DNA of 64,000 nt from Tubulanus polymorphus. Its lineage: Eukaryota; Animalia; Nemertea. The notes beneath the pieces were generated by a model, which had not been told where the DNA came from, ran no database searches, and saw only the letters and a list, made by a program, of their open reading frames with translations. Position 1 is the first letter of the stretch. Each line of letters starts with the position of its first letter. This document shows positions 38,656 to 52,547 of the stretch, in pieces. Location: the NCBI RefSeq assembly GCF_964204645.1, contig NC_134026.1, positions 30,104,150 through 30,168,149 of the forward strand, in the 5' to 3' direction. The translations under genes and the position numbers were made by a program.

Positions 38656-41600
38656 TTAGAGCTGTTGTACATGAACAGTATGTAACTCAATTCCAGCAGG
38701 ATTGTGCAGTAATGAAGTGCTACGATTCTCTATTTGTCCGTTTCGCTGATGTCCGAAATCGAATTTGATCCGTAATTCTCCGATGTGAGACTTTGGTAGA
38801 ATATCCGGAATCCACTCGATAATGAATGGAGTCGCTTCCTTCTGATCGGGTGTCATCATTCCTGAAATACATATTCAAAATTAAATCAGCAGTTGAGTCT
38901 CTGTCTACATCACTGATCATCCCACAATAACGAAGCCAAGATTGAAAAATCTACGTCTAAACTCTTCTAAAAATCTCGTCTTATCTACATCACTGATTTT
39001 TTAGTTTTCAACTAAGCGTGAGTTGTCATCATTGACCTTTAAATATAATTCTGGTGTAAGAGAATCCAAAACTCCCTGATTAAATCATAAGATATCTTCA
39101 GTGGGGGCTTTTCTTTTCGAGAAGTTGCCACTCGTTACCAGCAAGAGTGAAAGACACCAAAATTCAAATTAATCTAGTTTGACGAAAAAAAGTCAGAATT
39201 CCTGATTTTCCTTGCAGGGAAAAATAAATTTGGAATTCCCCGATCTGAGCTTAGGATGTACGTACCGACTTTAAGGAATGTTCTCAGTTCAAATGGTCTG
39301 ATTGGAAGCTGATTCTTTCCTCGGACCGTGTCTTCGACACCGTCGATCACTTTATCGTACAGATCGTAAGTTCCGTCTCTATTCTCGATGAAACTACGCG
39401 TCACGTCAAGCGGCATCTGGAAAATATTCATCATTAAATATCAACAAACGTTTCAAAGTTAAAATATCAGAATTAGAAGACCGCGCTTGCCTAGGATCTC
39501 GTGGGACCCCGAGGTTAGTGCAGTCTACTGTAGAAGAATCAATACTAATACATACCATAGCTGTATCAAAGATTCGTTTGACGTGTAATATATTAGTAAT
39601 ATGCCACGTGTATTTAGTGAATGTACCGAGAGGTAGCGCATCTTTTCGAATGAAACCGGTCGTAGAATTAGGCAATCTTTTTTTCTTTTGGCCGCTGGAG
39701 ATTCTCTGCTGTAGACAATCGAAGAATATCTGAGGTGCGTGAAACACCAATGGTTCCGGATTGCCTGCACGAATAAACACAATACTGCTAATAAAAAACA
39801 GGCTAAAAGTTATATGAATAGAGTAGACTTCACTACTGAGACTGCTGTAAATTTTTCCACAGGGTGGCCACCTTTATTTGACATACTTATCCCTGACTAT
39901 CCCCTGACATGCACGTTGTTTTCCTTGATTCGATTTGCTGGGAATCCAATCAATCAACACAGTCAACAAATACGTAAGACATATACAGTAAGCTAGTAAT
40001 CTCAAATTCCCCCAACTTTTTTCCCTGATTTTGAGCTTTTTAACAAAATTCCCTGACTTTTTTTAAAAGAAATGGCAATTCCCTAATTTTCTGTGATTTC
40101 TAGGTACATAAGTGGCCACCCTGTTCCAGTTGAGAATCAGTGAAATTAAAGGTTTTTCAACAAATATTTTTGTAAAATTCTTCAAATTTACCGGCACCGA
40201 GAAGAGGACAGTCAGTTTGGATCAGTGATATTTACCATCAAATTGATAATGCATCGTTTGATTGATTCTTTCTGTAATACTCGCCAACCATTGGACAAAA
40301 TCCAACTGAACACAATTTTCATCTATAGCTGTGTTACCTACAATACAAACAATCTTAAAAATAAAACGATTATTCAAAATATGAATAATCTCATCAGTAT
40401 TGCACACTACGCACCTAGTTTTTTCTGAATGATGCCCGGTTTTCCGGTGGTATTAGACTTTATCGGACTCTTCTTGCTACCACCGTCCTGTAGAGTTAGT
40501 AACGCGCTGCTTGCTTGAGCTTCAAATCAAATAACATTAAACTAATTACAATTCTATTCACATTCATCGAGTCTCAGAGCAATGGGAACTATACATATTT
40601 CACGTTTTTGACCAAATCAATTTGATTAAAATTCAGCTGAGTGGCCACCTTCTACTCATTTACAAATTCCCTGAGATTCCCTGATTTGATTAAGTCATAA
40701 CACAAAATACCCTGAGTAAATCCAAGAATATTTTGTTTTAACATACTACAATTTGTTCACTTTTTATGAATCATGTTTTGATTAAGAAAAGCATGGTCAA
40801 TAACATTCAAATTCCCTTTTCTAGGTTTTTTTGCCAAATTTGTCAAATTCCCTGAGTTTTCCAGGTTTTCTACACCATGTGGCCACCCAGTTGACGAGAA
40901 GCTTACCCATAGCAATATCATCTTTCTTCTGTCTCTTAGATTCAGGTGGAGCTAACAGATCATCTTCTATGACGATCTCGACCTGTTCGGCTTCTACGGT
41001 TTCTTCTCCAGTTGAACTATAGATAGCTATCACCTGATCGGTGTTATCGACAACTCCGTCTAACATCGGTATATCGATTGAAGAGTTCACTGATAAACAA
41101 TTCTGAGCACCTGTCAGGCAGAAATAAAACTCTGTTTATTTATTTAACCAAAACGATCATCTGCAATTCAATTTACTAAGCACAATTCATCATAAGAAGT
41201 CGTCAACATATTATAATGATCATCCTGAACTACAACGTCCAGTGCTTTCCATATGCTGGGATTTTAAAGGGTCAACGTAACTTGAAGTAGCAAGGCTTTC
41301 AATCCCACCAAAAAAAAACGAAAAATTAAGCTAAATTTATGTGTAATCTTATATTTTTTACATAAGCTCATTTCAGAGCTATTATCAGCATAGCTGATTC
41401 TCAGAGGGGTGGATGTAAAAATGCTGCCCCTCTAAAACCTGTTGCCGAGAACGCTGGATGTTTTAAGCGAGTTTAATCCTAATATCAAATTGAACACTCA
41501 TCATATACGTACCAGTATCTAGAGTTATGTAGTACGAAAATTCAGTAGCTAGTTTCTCATCACTGGCGAACGCACAAATACAGGCGTAAAAATGAACACA

Positions 41601-43654
41601 ACGCCGCAATAATAAATCATCTCTAGACAACGGTGTTTGACCAGCTGCGAGAACCGCTCCGGAACGTGGGTTATATAACTGTAACGAAACAAACAAACCC
41701 AGAATTACTAGGATCGATAGAATGAAGACTCGGATATCCCACCAGATGGCGTGCACATCAAACGGATGACTTGTTTCAAAATTAGTTCATTTTCAATTAA
41801 TTCTCATCTAGATTCTTAGCCTCTCACATCAAAAACAAAAACTGTGGATTGTGAGGTCATTGAATGTGATTAACCCTTTCACTTCCAGATAATTGTGCAA
41901 GCCTTCTACCAGATGGGTAAGACTAAGAGCTTATTATTGATGATGCATGTCAGGCTATGTGGTGAGGCTTATACAGCTGGATATGAACTACAATGAAAGA
42001 AGACAGTCTTCTGCTAATTCAGAAAACCTATGTACAGTAGTATGCTGCGCTGTACTCATATACACAGCCGATATTTACCACTGAAATTTAAATAGACAAA
42101 ATTAGCGAATTTCAGTCTCTATTGGTAGCGAAAACAGACAAATTCAAACTTACTTTAAATGCTTTACAACTACATTGAAACTTGTATTCAGCCTCAGATC
42201 TGTTACGTTGAGTAGAGAAGAACGCGCAATGTAAGAATCCGAGCGGTTGTTTAGGATTCGCCTTACATTTCACGGCCATTATATTTTTAGTAACACGTTG
42301 TACTAACGGTCCCGTAGTCTCGGTCGCTAGAAGCCAAATCGCTTGTTTAGTTTCACTAGAAACGAGCAACGAATTGAGCACGGAATTTTTCAACGTTAAC
42401 GGTACCGCTTCCTCGGAACAGCCTATAGCCGCTTTAATATGATTACAGGGTTGAGTGTCGGTATTTCTACAGCACGTGTCGACGTAGCATCGCGCCGCGT
42501 GTGACAGGATGTTATAATCGACAGTCTCCGCGGGATTTCCCTCCAGATCCTGTACGAGGGGTAGCTGTACAAATCCTCGATAGTCCGGACCACGGTCTCT
42601 GAGTCTGACTGAAAACACTTGCACGGTCGAACCGGTGACTATTTTCACAGCCTCCGCGCTGTGACCTTTTTTCTTGGAATCTCTGTCTTTAAAGATGGCG
42701 TTGCACGTTTTATTTTTACAGCTTATTCCTCGTGTTCCGTTGTACGTACCACATTTCGGACATTTTCGGACCCCTCTCATCGTCGGTTTTCCTAAATCAC
42801 CGAATAAAGCTTTCAGTTTATCGGGGGTATAACTCGTACTACTACCGCCGGCAGCAGCTGCAGAACTACCCGAACTCATCGTGTCAACTTTAACCTCTGA
42901 AAAACAGCAAATAGATTATAATTTCATTAAATCAGCGATATTAATGGCAACTGCTGGGGCATCTTTCCACGACAGGGATTCGAACCTGATGGCATCGAGA
43001 TTCACCACAATATGAAACGCAAAATGTCATCCTTGAAATTTAATCGGATTAACGCTGGGTAATCTTATTTGGTGCCGCTGGTTTTTACTTGCAGCAAACC
43101 TGAGCACCCGATCTAGCGCGACAGGGGGTCGTGCCATGAGTATAGCAATGCCATTACAGGTTTGAATCCCCGCCGCAGAGGGAGGATACTGCTGGCGGGG
43201 GCTGGTGTACTGTCTACTACAAGTCGACGATGTCCAGACTCCATCCAGTCCACAGGGCCCTCTCTCTGCTCTACTTTAGTCTGAATACCAATCATTGTTT
43301 ATGTTACGGTCCTTCAATACAACCTACTTATTTTTTGTTTAAGAATGGAAGAGGATGATATTTTGCCGACGCATAATATCACCTGCATATGATACATTGC
43401 TCATTGCTACGATATAACATTGATTGAGTGATTGACACAAAAATCAATTTTTTCCGGCTGTTTCGAATCGGACGGAGACGAAGCATTGCCGTTTTGCTTT
43501 CGACATATTCAGACTACCTGAACACTGATTTGCAATGCAAATTCAAAATGAAAACTTTATTTTTTCACAGGATTGCATCTCATTCCCTACCCAGTAATTG
43601 AATTTCTGGGGTCGGTTGTTGTTGAATCTCCGCTGATTGCAGTAACTCCGCCAT
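38656..43654 (-). CDS. C2orf42: C2orf42 homolog (treble-clef zf-tcix domain), multi-exon; probable first coding exon 43654-43591
   Basis: [77 protein letters not shown] and [12 protein letters not shown]. The exon MAELLQ...QLL splices in phase 1 to EVKVDTMSS. Confidence 0.9.
39860..40123. mobile_element. CAGGGTGGCCAC-terminal MITE with a 5-bp TTCCA flanking duplication
   Basis: TIRs cagggtggccac / gtggccaccctg, ttcca on both flanks, internal ttccctga repeats. Confidence 0.75.
40636..40890. mobile_element. Second copy of the GTGGCCAC-terminal MITE family
   Basis: ctgagtggccac ... gtggccacccag with internal aattccctga repeats. Confidence 0.65.
42945..43210. repeat. Dispersed repeat with tRNA B-box-like (GGTTCGAATCCC) segments in inverted orientation, in C2orf42 intron 1
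   Basis: gggattcgaacctgatggcat (+ strand, ~42975) matches gggattcaaacctgtaatggcat (- strand, ~43170); a related sequence lies at ~1323-1490. Confidence 0.45.
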
Positions 43655-45118
43655 GACACCTTCCTCCGTGTATCTTCAACAACACCGTCTCTCATTGGTC
43701 GAATTCAAACATGTGACAATACGCGTCATCTGATTGGACGTCGTATTGATTGTAAACAAACGCACGTGCTCTAGTGGCACCAGTCGCGATGGGGTTCGAA
43801 TCCTGGTGAGTATATGAAACCACCAGTTGGGTTCGAATCCATGTAAAATAGTGAGTTTATATTTTAACAGCCAGTTTAAAGATCAAGAATAAAATCAAAC
43901 AGTTTTTCCAACAAATATTATAAAGAGTATGCAATTAACCGTAGGAGCCTATCATTCCAGCTCATATCATTCATTCTCCAAAAACAATGCCAAAAACTTA
44001 TTTTGAAACCACAGGCTGTCAGCAGCTAGCCTCTTGAATAAAACGAACAACAATTCAATTTATAAATTTTATAGCACACTTTTTTATTTTATAAGCTCTT
44101 CATACATTTCATGTATTCATTACAGAATCGAGCGGAAACTGTTTCAGATTCCAATAATAGATTCATAGTGATAACAATCAATGCAGGGTAAAACACAACA
44201 CGATTTATTCGTTTATTCAGGGAAGTGTTTGTTACACTTCCCTGGTTTATTGAATGAATCACGTCGAATGCCGAAATTACAGCATGAAATTGGCAGCTTT
44301 TTTATCTACAGTAACTGTACTTCATTTGAATCTATTGAATCATTTTATGAATCAAAGATAAAAACCTAACGAGGACAGTAATTAGGCAGGTGTGTCTCAA
44401 TAAAAATAGGCTGCATTTTTACATTCATACAATCATTCACTCGTCATTCATAATAAACCCATAGAAAACAAGACTTGATGTAGTTTTTATGGGTTATATC
44501 ACTCGGGAAGCAATCACGAGTGATGTGTCGAGTCAGTAGATTTTAGTTATACTGTTATACACTCACTCGTCAAGGCGAATTACAATGGCTCAATGAAAGA
44601 GTTCTAAAGAATATATCTTAGCATCTCGTAGTCCTAACTGTTGAATTTATAAACAAACCATTGATCTTAAGTTTTTTTCTACAAATTCGATTCAATCCAT
44701 AAATAACATTTCAAAGATGATCAATTTTAGTTTGATAACAGCGGAGTGGTCGATCCTACAGCTAGAACTAAGTAGAAATCATCGAACATAAAAACTATCA
44801 ATAACAAATACAATTCATTTCAGTTTATCACAAATATATCATAGACAGTAAAATGTGTGTCTCTCATGAAGAGAATTCCAGCTGAACCTCATTACAAAGA
44901 GCAGACTGGAAAATATGTTTGTTATAACCGATAGTTCACTGTTATATCCAGTGTGAGATTATCAAAATTATCCTATTTGGGATGAAATTCTAAGGTTTGT
45001 AATAAATGATAAATTGTAATATCCCAGGTCATCATAACGAGGTTCCACTGAAGCTAAAAGGGTTTGTAGCCCTTCTACCCTAGTGCCTGCCCAAATACAT
45101 ACTAATATGTGTTCCACA

Positions 45119-45288
45119 GTAGACTCCACTTGCTCAGATCTTGCAGGATGTTCTCCGAGGAAAGTAAATTCCAGTCGGTGTGACAATCGGTGGCTCACAT
45201 GAACTGAAGAAGGAAAATCTTAAACATTTTGTTTTGGGCACGCAATAATCCACCCAAGGCTATGGGCGCTGTGGCAAGCAGAGTCTAC
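45119..45288. mobile_element. TAGAC-terminal MITE (second copy at ~46830-46942)
   Basis: gtagactccacttgc ... gcaagcagagtctac; second copy tagaccctgcttgcca ... tggcaaacagagtctac. Confidence 0.55.
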
Positions 45289-47167
45289 AGTACTTGCGAT
45301 TCATGGAACAGATTTCACTACAAGTACTTGTTTTATTTGCGATCATTTGAAAAATAATTTTCTAAAAATTCACACATTTACCCTAATTGTTACATTGACT
45401 TGACAACTGCAAGAATGCAACAGTCGTAAAGATACCAGAGCATCATCTTATCACATCGCATCATTGACATCGTTTCCTTAAACGCAAATCAACCAAGTTC
45501 TCTTGATTATTCATAGAACAATATTGCATCATTGCGAGATGACGCAATATTTTGTGTCATTTAATGCTGTTATCATATCGTATATTTTTGACACTTAACA
45601 CGTCGAATCATTCAATTACTAGCAGGTAAGTACATCAGGTAATTACAATTATTAAAACTAGATAAATCAAGACCAACTTAAACTAAATATTGAAAGTGAA
45701 TAAAAGCGGTTTGAATATCCTATCTCTAAACTGATCTTACACCAAATAAATAATTCATAGGTTTTATCTGGCAGTGCTTTTAAAATGTATAATAGTTCTT
45801 CAAATCGAATCCCTGAAGATTTTGTTTCATTAAAACAAAACATCTCAAGAGTACGTAATTACATCCGATATAAGTCGACAACAATTTCATTAATGATGAC
45901 TTTAATCCCGGAGACTTTTAGTCAAACTCGCTGAAGTCGGTGTAATTGTGACGATCATTTCCGGTATGTCAAGGAATTATCCAAACGATAACTTGTACTT
46001 TGTAAATTGAATTGCAAATATAAATTGGGACTCAAAATAGAGATGACTTAAATGATGTGACGACCTCGACCGAGTTTGACTGAAGTCGTACATTACACTG
46101 AAGATTTCTGTATATGAAATGTATTAAACTCCTGATGTTAGTTAATTACGAACATAGATTTGGCAGTTATGTACGATTTACGTTGTAATACAATTAAAAT
46201 CACTACTCGAAATATCATAAATATTTTCACAGTTATGCAAGTAACAACCTCGTTAAAGCTGCCATATACATGGAGAAGTTAGTTTATTATCTAGCGTCTT
46301 AAAGTCATGCAATGTGCTGCATTCATACATAACGCATTGTTGTTGTTGTTGTTGTTAGGTGGTTTATTCATTAACTAAAACAGTAATTAATTTCAGGCCA
46401 AATGATTAATTAAATTAGTAAAGTAAACCGTAAACTAATAATATTTACAAATATTTCTATACAGAAAATAAGACAGATGAAAATAAAAATTAAATACCCA
46501 ATATACAAAATATTCAAATTAGACATGGGCGGGTATGATAGAATAGACTGACTTTCCCCAATTTTATCGGAAAAATGAGCAAATTGACTGGTTATCAACT
46601 AGGCACTAATGACTAGTACGTGTACACAGTGTTCATAGCTGATTGATCTTATCATGTTCAATATCAGTGAATAAAAGTCAGTTTTATAAATAATTGGAAA
46701 TTTACAGAAACGAAGGAAGGGTTGAAACTAGTGATAACACAAATCAAGAGTTAAAACAATCTGAGGCTAAATTAGCAAAAAAAAACCAAAGCTAGGGTTC
46801 GTAAATTAAAAATATTCATACAGTAGACATAGACCCTGCTTGCCAAACAGAGTCCGGGGCACGTGATAAACTGAGGTAATCAGCTCCCTGGCAGGACACG
46901 CGATAAACCGAGGCAATCAGCTCCCTGGCAAACAGAGTCTACCAGATCTATCCTCCCCTTTACTCAAAGCAACTTAATGTATTTTTTTCTGTAAGTAACA
47001 AGTTTTTGAATTTTTTTTCTTTCAAGTTTTTTTGCTGGTTCCGAATTACGGTCTCATATCAACATCATCATCGTCACACAACTTAAACAAAGCGTTATCA
47101 AAATTCAAGCCTTCAATAAAAAACAACAAACGAAAAGTTTTTTCAGCCGATATCCGGTTTTCCGTAG

Positions 47168-50100
47168 CTATTCATCCATTATTTCAGAGAACTTCACTAT
47201 TTTGGTTGAACCTGAAAAATTAACAATAATTCTTATGAGTAATTTTTCAAATAAACAGTTTCATAAATATTCAAAAAAAGATTTTCAATAATTTACCTTT
47301 TTCCTTCTCTTTCATGACACTGTCGAACGCTGTTGGTAAAAAAAAAAAGAAAGAAGAATAAGAACCAAGATAGAAATGCATTAAACAAGAAAACGCAGAA
47401 ATATAATCAGAGAAAATTTATTGTTGCTCCAACTGCCTTGGAGATAATGTATTGGTTCCTTTAGACACAAGGCAGGTACGGAGTCTTATTGTTATTATGG
47501 GTCCAGTTAAACTGCTTGCCTCAGATCTCAGAGACCCATAAATTCTCTACGACAAATTCGGGAGTGTTCACACCAGGGACGGGTCGTTATCATAATGGAT
47601 TAGTCAGAGTAATTGTAATATGTTCAGGACACGCAATTATCAGAGGCATTCTACTACAGGGTCAATTGAGTCTACTGTAGAGAACATCGGCTGCTTGTGG
47701 AATGAGCTAGAGATGAATGGCAGGTGACAGGAGAACATGGCAAAGGACCGTTGATGGTCTACGCTCTACCAAGATCGAAGGGATTGAATTAAAAAGAAAA
47801 TACCGTAGAACGTACCTTTCATTAGATAGAATACTGTATCTTCAACATTGAAGCGTCCACGTGAATTTATACGATTTGGATCAGGTACGATTTCATTTTC
47901 TTCTACTATTTCCGGTTGTATTTCAGCAGCAGCAGCAGCAGAATCAACACGCTCAGATTGTAGTGATTTGTCTGATCCGATGATCTGTAGATTGTCTATA
48001 TTTTCACACGTTTCCGTCGGTTTTTCTGCGGCAGAATTCGACGTCGTCAACGCACGCATTAATTTCATTTGATCCATATTGTTTATCGGTCGTGGTTGAC
48101 ACAACGAAGGATAAAGACCATTTATTTGTGGAAGAGCTAATTTCTCATTTTTATGACGATCGATTTCCGATTCATCGTCATTTTTAACGCCGAAATCTTC
48201 ATTCGATATAAACTGAAAGTTCTGCGTCGGTTCTATAACGGTCGGTTCTATAACCGAACCTATATTCGCGGTTTCGACGATGTCCTCATCGAAGTCGAAA
48301 CCGAAAGTAATTCCCAGATCGCGCGGAGGTTCCATCGAATTCTTTCCGAGGAAAATAACGCCAGTATCTTTTGATTTTCCTTTCCGAATCGACGTTGTTT
48401 TCTTCTTAGTCACATTTTGTTTTTCGTGAACGCCGCCGCTCTGTTGGGTAGGGGGGGTACTGCCGGTAGGTCCGCGGCTGCTCCGTTGAGTAGGGGGGGT
48501 ACTGCCGGTAGGTCTAGCGTTTTTGATAATAATCACACTAGATTCCGAACGTTCGCAGGCTATAGGTAACAGACCGGTGTCGCTAGTCGCGTCTGATTTC
48601 ATCGATTCGTCGTTTATTCGACACTTTATTTCGCCGATTTCATTACTATCATTCTCTGAAGATTTACTAGAAACGTCATCGGCGGTCGTCGAGTGAGGAG
48701 GTGAAGAAGACGACGACGACGCCGCGATTGTTGCATAAGACTTCGGAGCAACGAATTTACGTAACTCGGATTCTCGCGACGGCGGATAATCGGTAGCGAC
48801 CGGTTGTAAATTAACGATCTCGAATTCGTCGTCGTTCGACGGAGCGTTTCCCGTCGAATTACGACGACATTTCTCAGCGCCAGCGACGACGTGAACGAGA
48901 ATATCGGATTTCATGTCGGTCCCCGAAGCGGGCAGACGATTATGTTGATATCTCGTATTATTATTAAACTGTGCCTGACCCGCGCCGCTCTCCTTTCCCG
49001 GAAACGGTTGAACCATCCACGATTTCGTCGTCGGTTTCTTATCGTTTTTAGCAGTAATGATTTTATGTTTCTTCTTCTTACTGACGACGGTAAAGTCGTT
49101 GTGAGCGCTGCTGCTGCTGCTGCTGCTGTAATCGCTCAATAAACTCGCCATGATCGCCATTTGATCGTCTTCGCTGACGCATCGTTTCGCGATGAAACTA
49201 TTCCTCGAACTCGACCCCTCGACGACACCGCTCACTGACCCCTCGACTACACCGCTGCTATTAACATTGTTATTTTTGGTTTTAACGTCCGTGATTGATT
49301 TCGTCGACGGATGATCATCGTTAATTTGATGAATATCTTTCTCGGGTGTCGACGCGACGTTAGGTTTCTTGTCTTTATCCTTATTTTTGCGATTGTTTTT
49401 AACGCCGACAGAAGAGGAAGATGATGATGATGTATTTTCCGCGGTCGTACGATTGTTTGAAGAACCGTCGATAAATGATAACAAATCTTCGACGGTTTTA
49501 TTACCACAATTTCCGGGCATATCCCCAGCTTTCACTAACGATTCCTGCTTCTTCTTTTTCGTGGGTTTGGTAGATTTTGATTCGGCAGAACTGTTGTCGC
49601 CATCCGATATAATACTTTGTTGACCAGAAGAAGAGAACTGCGGAATTGAATTAGGGAACAACGAATGACGATAATCGCCTTTCTTCTGCGCATTCAACTC
49701 TTCGAAACCTTGAGACATAGTTTTAGGGATACTATTCAGAATACGTGGATTTCCATTTTCATCGCAAGTATTTTCTTCATCACCTGAAAATCATCGAAAA
49801 AAAATTCGACAATTAAAACGACGAACTCTTATAAAAGAGTTTAATTCAATACAGTAAAACTCTGCTCAAGTCAGATCTTTTCGTACCATGGAATTTGACC
49901 ATTTGAAAATTGGATTTTAAATTAATTATTTATAGGGACAGAATATTGTTCGACCGACAAACTTCTGATTCAGATCGGATAGATCCGATCAGCCTTGAGT
50001 CGAGTTGAGAGTCGCAATATTTTTCTTACCTTTAGGTTTTTTCTTCTTTTTCTTTTTTGTCGTTTTTCTAAACGAGTCTTGTATATCCGACGAGCTGTCC

Positions 50101-50960
50101 GTTTTGGAAGATGATAAACCCGACAACGTTGACGTACCGATAGGATTTTGCGATTTCGAAGGTAGAAGATCTACAGCAGACTGAACCATCTTATTTAAGT
50201 TAAGAGGATCCTCGAACGGCGGAGATTGGCAAAGTTTCCGATCATCATTTCGACCGATTGAACGAAGACTCTTCCGCAAATGCGGAGAAGTCCTTAAATC
50301 CAAATCCGGATCGGACTTCAAATTAAACTTCACGGTAGAATCGACTTCTGACGACGACGTGAAATGCGAATTTTTCACCGCCGAATAATTCCGCCGCGTT
50401 TTACGCTTATCCGCGAATTGTCTTTTATTTTCGGACGAGAAACCGTCGCTGTCGTCTTCGATGACGTCGATTACCTCGTCGTAATTCCCGTGATACGGAC
50501 CGTCGTTTATTTCATAACTGCAAAACGTTTTCATTTCCGTTCCCTCGGACGACGCGGATCGATCGAGTTTGATTCGCGAGCTCGATTCACGCGGTGATTC
50601 GATATCGGAATCGTCGGCGTTGAACGCCGCGTCGTAAGCGCTGTCGTTATTGATGATAATTTCGTCGTTCGTCGTCCGTCCGAACGTCTTTTTATTGTCG
50701 TACGCGGGAAACGCGCGTGAATTCTGTCGGAAATTATGAAACATTCCCGGACGTTCATCGCTATCCTCTCCGTACATCATTCCTCCTCCGCGGATATCGC
50801 TGTGTTGTTCGACTAAAGCGTTGAATTTAAAACGCGCCGAATTTTGCAATTCTAGATTTTCTAAATGCGTTTTAGACGTTTCTATCGTCGGTTCTATATC
50901 ATCGTTATCATCGATGTATTTCAGATTATTCGCGAACTGATTCAATTGAGAATTTGACAT
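47168..50960 (-). CDS. Uncharacterised ~991-aa low-complexity/disordered protein; exons 50960-50030, 49783-47816, 47329-47297, 47211-47168
   Basis: Two long ORFs (323 and 650 aa) are joined in frame by a GT-AG intron. Two small phase-1 exons give the C-terminus FNVEDTVFYLMKAFDSVMKEKEKGSTKIVKFSEIMDE*. Confidence 0.85.
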
Positions 50961-52547
50961 GGCTTCAGAAATTCATCGCGACCAATATTTCAATTGAAAC
51001 TATTATTCCACCATTTTCGATCTAAAATCGTGAAACCTGCAAAGATAAAAGACAGATAAATAATCAATAATCCCATAATTAATCTTAATCCGATCATCTA
51101 CAGTCACTTCATTCTCAGAGAGGCTCAATTTTGGAAGTGAGCTGGTAACCGGTGGTTACTAGATTTTCTGTTAAAACCTGAAATGAAACTCTCCCAACAG
51201 GATAAAAGTCTGAAAGATGTTTCATTTAATCCTTTCCTGTGATTTCTCAACAAGAAACTTAAATCAAAAGCAAACTGGGAAATCATCCAATTCTGACCCG
51301 GTGGGATACTGACAATGGACGATCTTGTATCCTGAGAAGATACTCTCTAGAATCTTATCGATCGAGATTCGCGTTTTCAAATAAACTCTTCCAATCTTTG
51401 CAGACAGTAAAGTGCTGAACTCTAAATACCAACTACCATTAAATGGAAGGTGGAATTTCAGTCTATGATTGCAAAATCATTGAAGAATGAAATCTATGGT
51501 ATATGATTCTGATGATTTCAAGATTTTTTCTAAATCTCATGTTCTGAGAAACAGTTGTAAGCTCATATTTAAGATTGAGGAGGAATCCTTCATTATCTTC
51601 TACCTAGGCCTACACTACCGAGAATCAGTTTCAAAAGCTAAGAGAATCCATCCAAATCTATTCGTAATTTCATGTTTGTATCTAAATAACTAAAATTCGT
51701 TTAAAACATCGAAATGAGAAAAATAATCGTATTTTAGGTCAAATGTCAAATTATGCCATGATGACTTGGCTTATTCAATTTAAAATATTCCTACCCACGT
51801 TTCAGACCCATTTCCAGCCTCCTATCATATATTTCTTACCCATTAATAGTTAGATTTACGAAGTAACATCTTAAAATTAATTCAAGCGATGCCAATAGTA
51901 CCAATATCGCTCACGACAAGCAAATCGTGGAAAATATTTCATGAAATTACACGCCCAATGCTCAGGGTCAGTGACACGACAATATGCGCGATTTAAGTTA
52001 CCTTATTCAAGCCGTCTCGTACCAGACTCGACTAATTAGACTTGTTGTTATATCTGTTCGTATTTTGGAGAGGATTCGGGCGAGGTTTCTGTTGTAAAAG
52101 TCTTTCTAAAATGGGATCAAATTTTCCAAAATTTCACCAAAAATAAATTCCTAGATTTGAGTTTCTCACACAATTTTGGCGAATGTTGTAGCAATGTACT
52201 TGCGGGTGGCTCCGAGAATACCGATGGAAAGCAAACCGGATTCAGGCAACGCTATAGATTGCCCTAGTGGAAATCCGTTGAACTAATATATACCCACCGA
52301 ATAAAAAGTATATGTCACCCTGCTCTTTGACCCGTCGAAATGTTCTCATTGTGAAAACGATCGTTTTTTACTTACATAAATGATGATTACGGTCAATCGT
52401 GAGCCCATGGAATAATAATCAGTTCACGGAAATTCCGCTGGATCCGAGAGTCATATTATATTATCGGAGCCACCTTGTTCCAAGCATTCGCATGATAAGT
52501 TTTAAGTTCGAATCCCGAAATTATTGCAAGCTGCACTCGAATGAAAG

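Noticed and set aside
42945-43845. tRNA genes suggested by GGTTCGAATCC motifs
   Set aside because: Only B-box fragments are present and no cloverleaf can be formed; likely SINE-like remnants.
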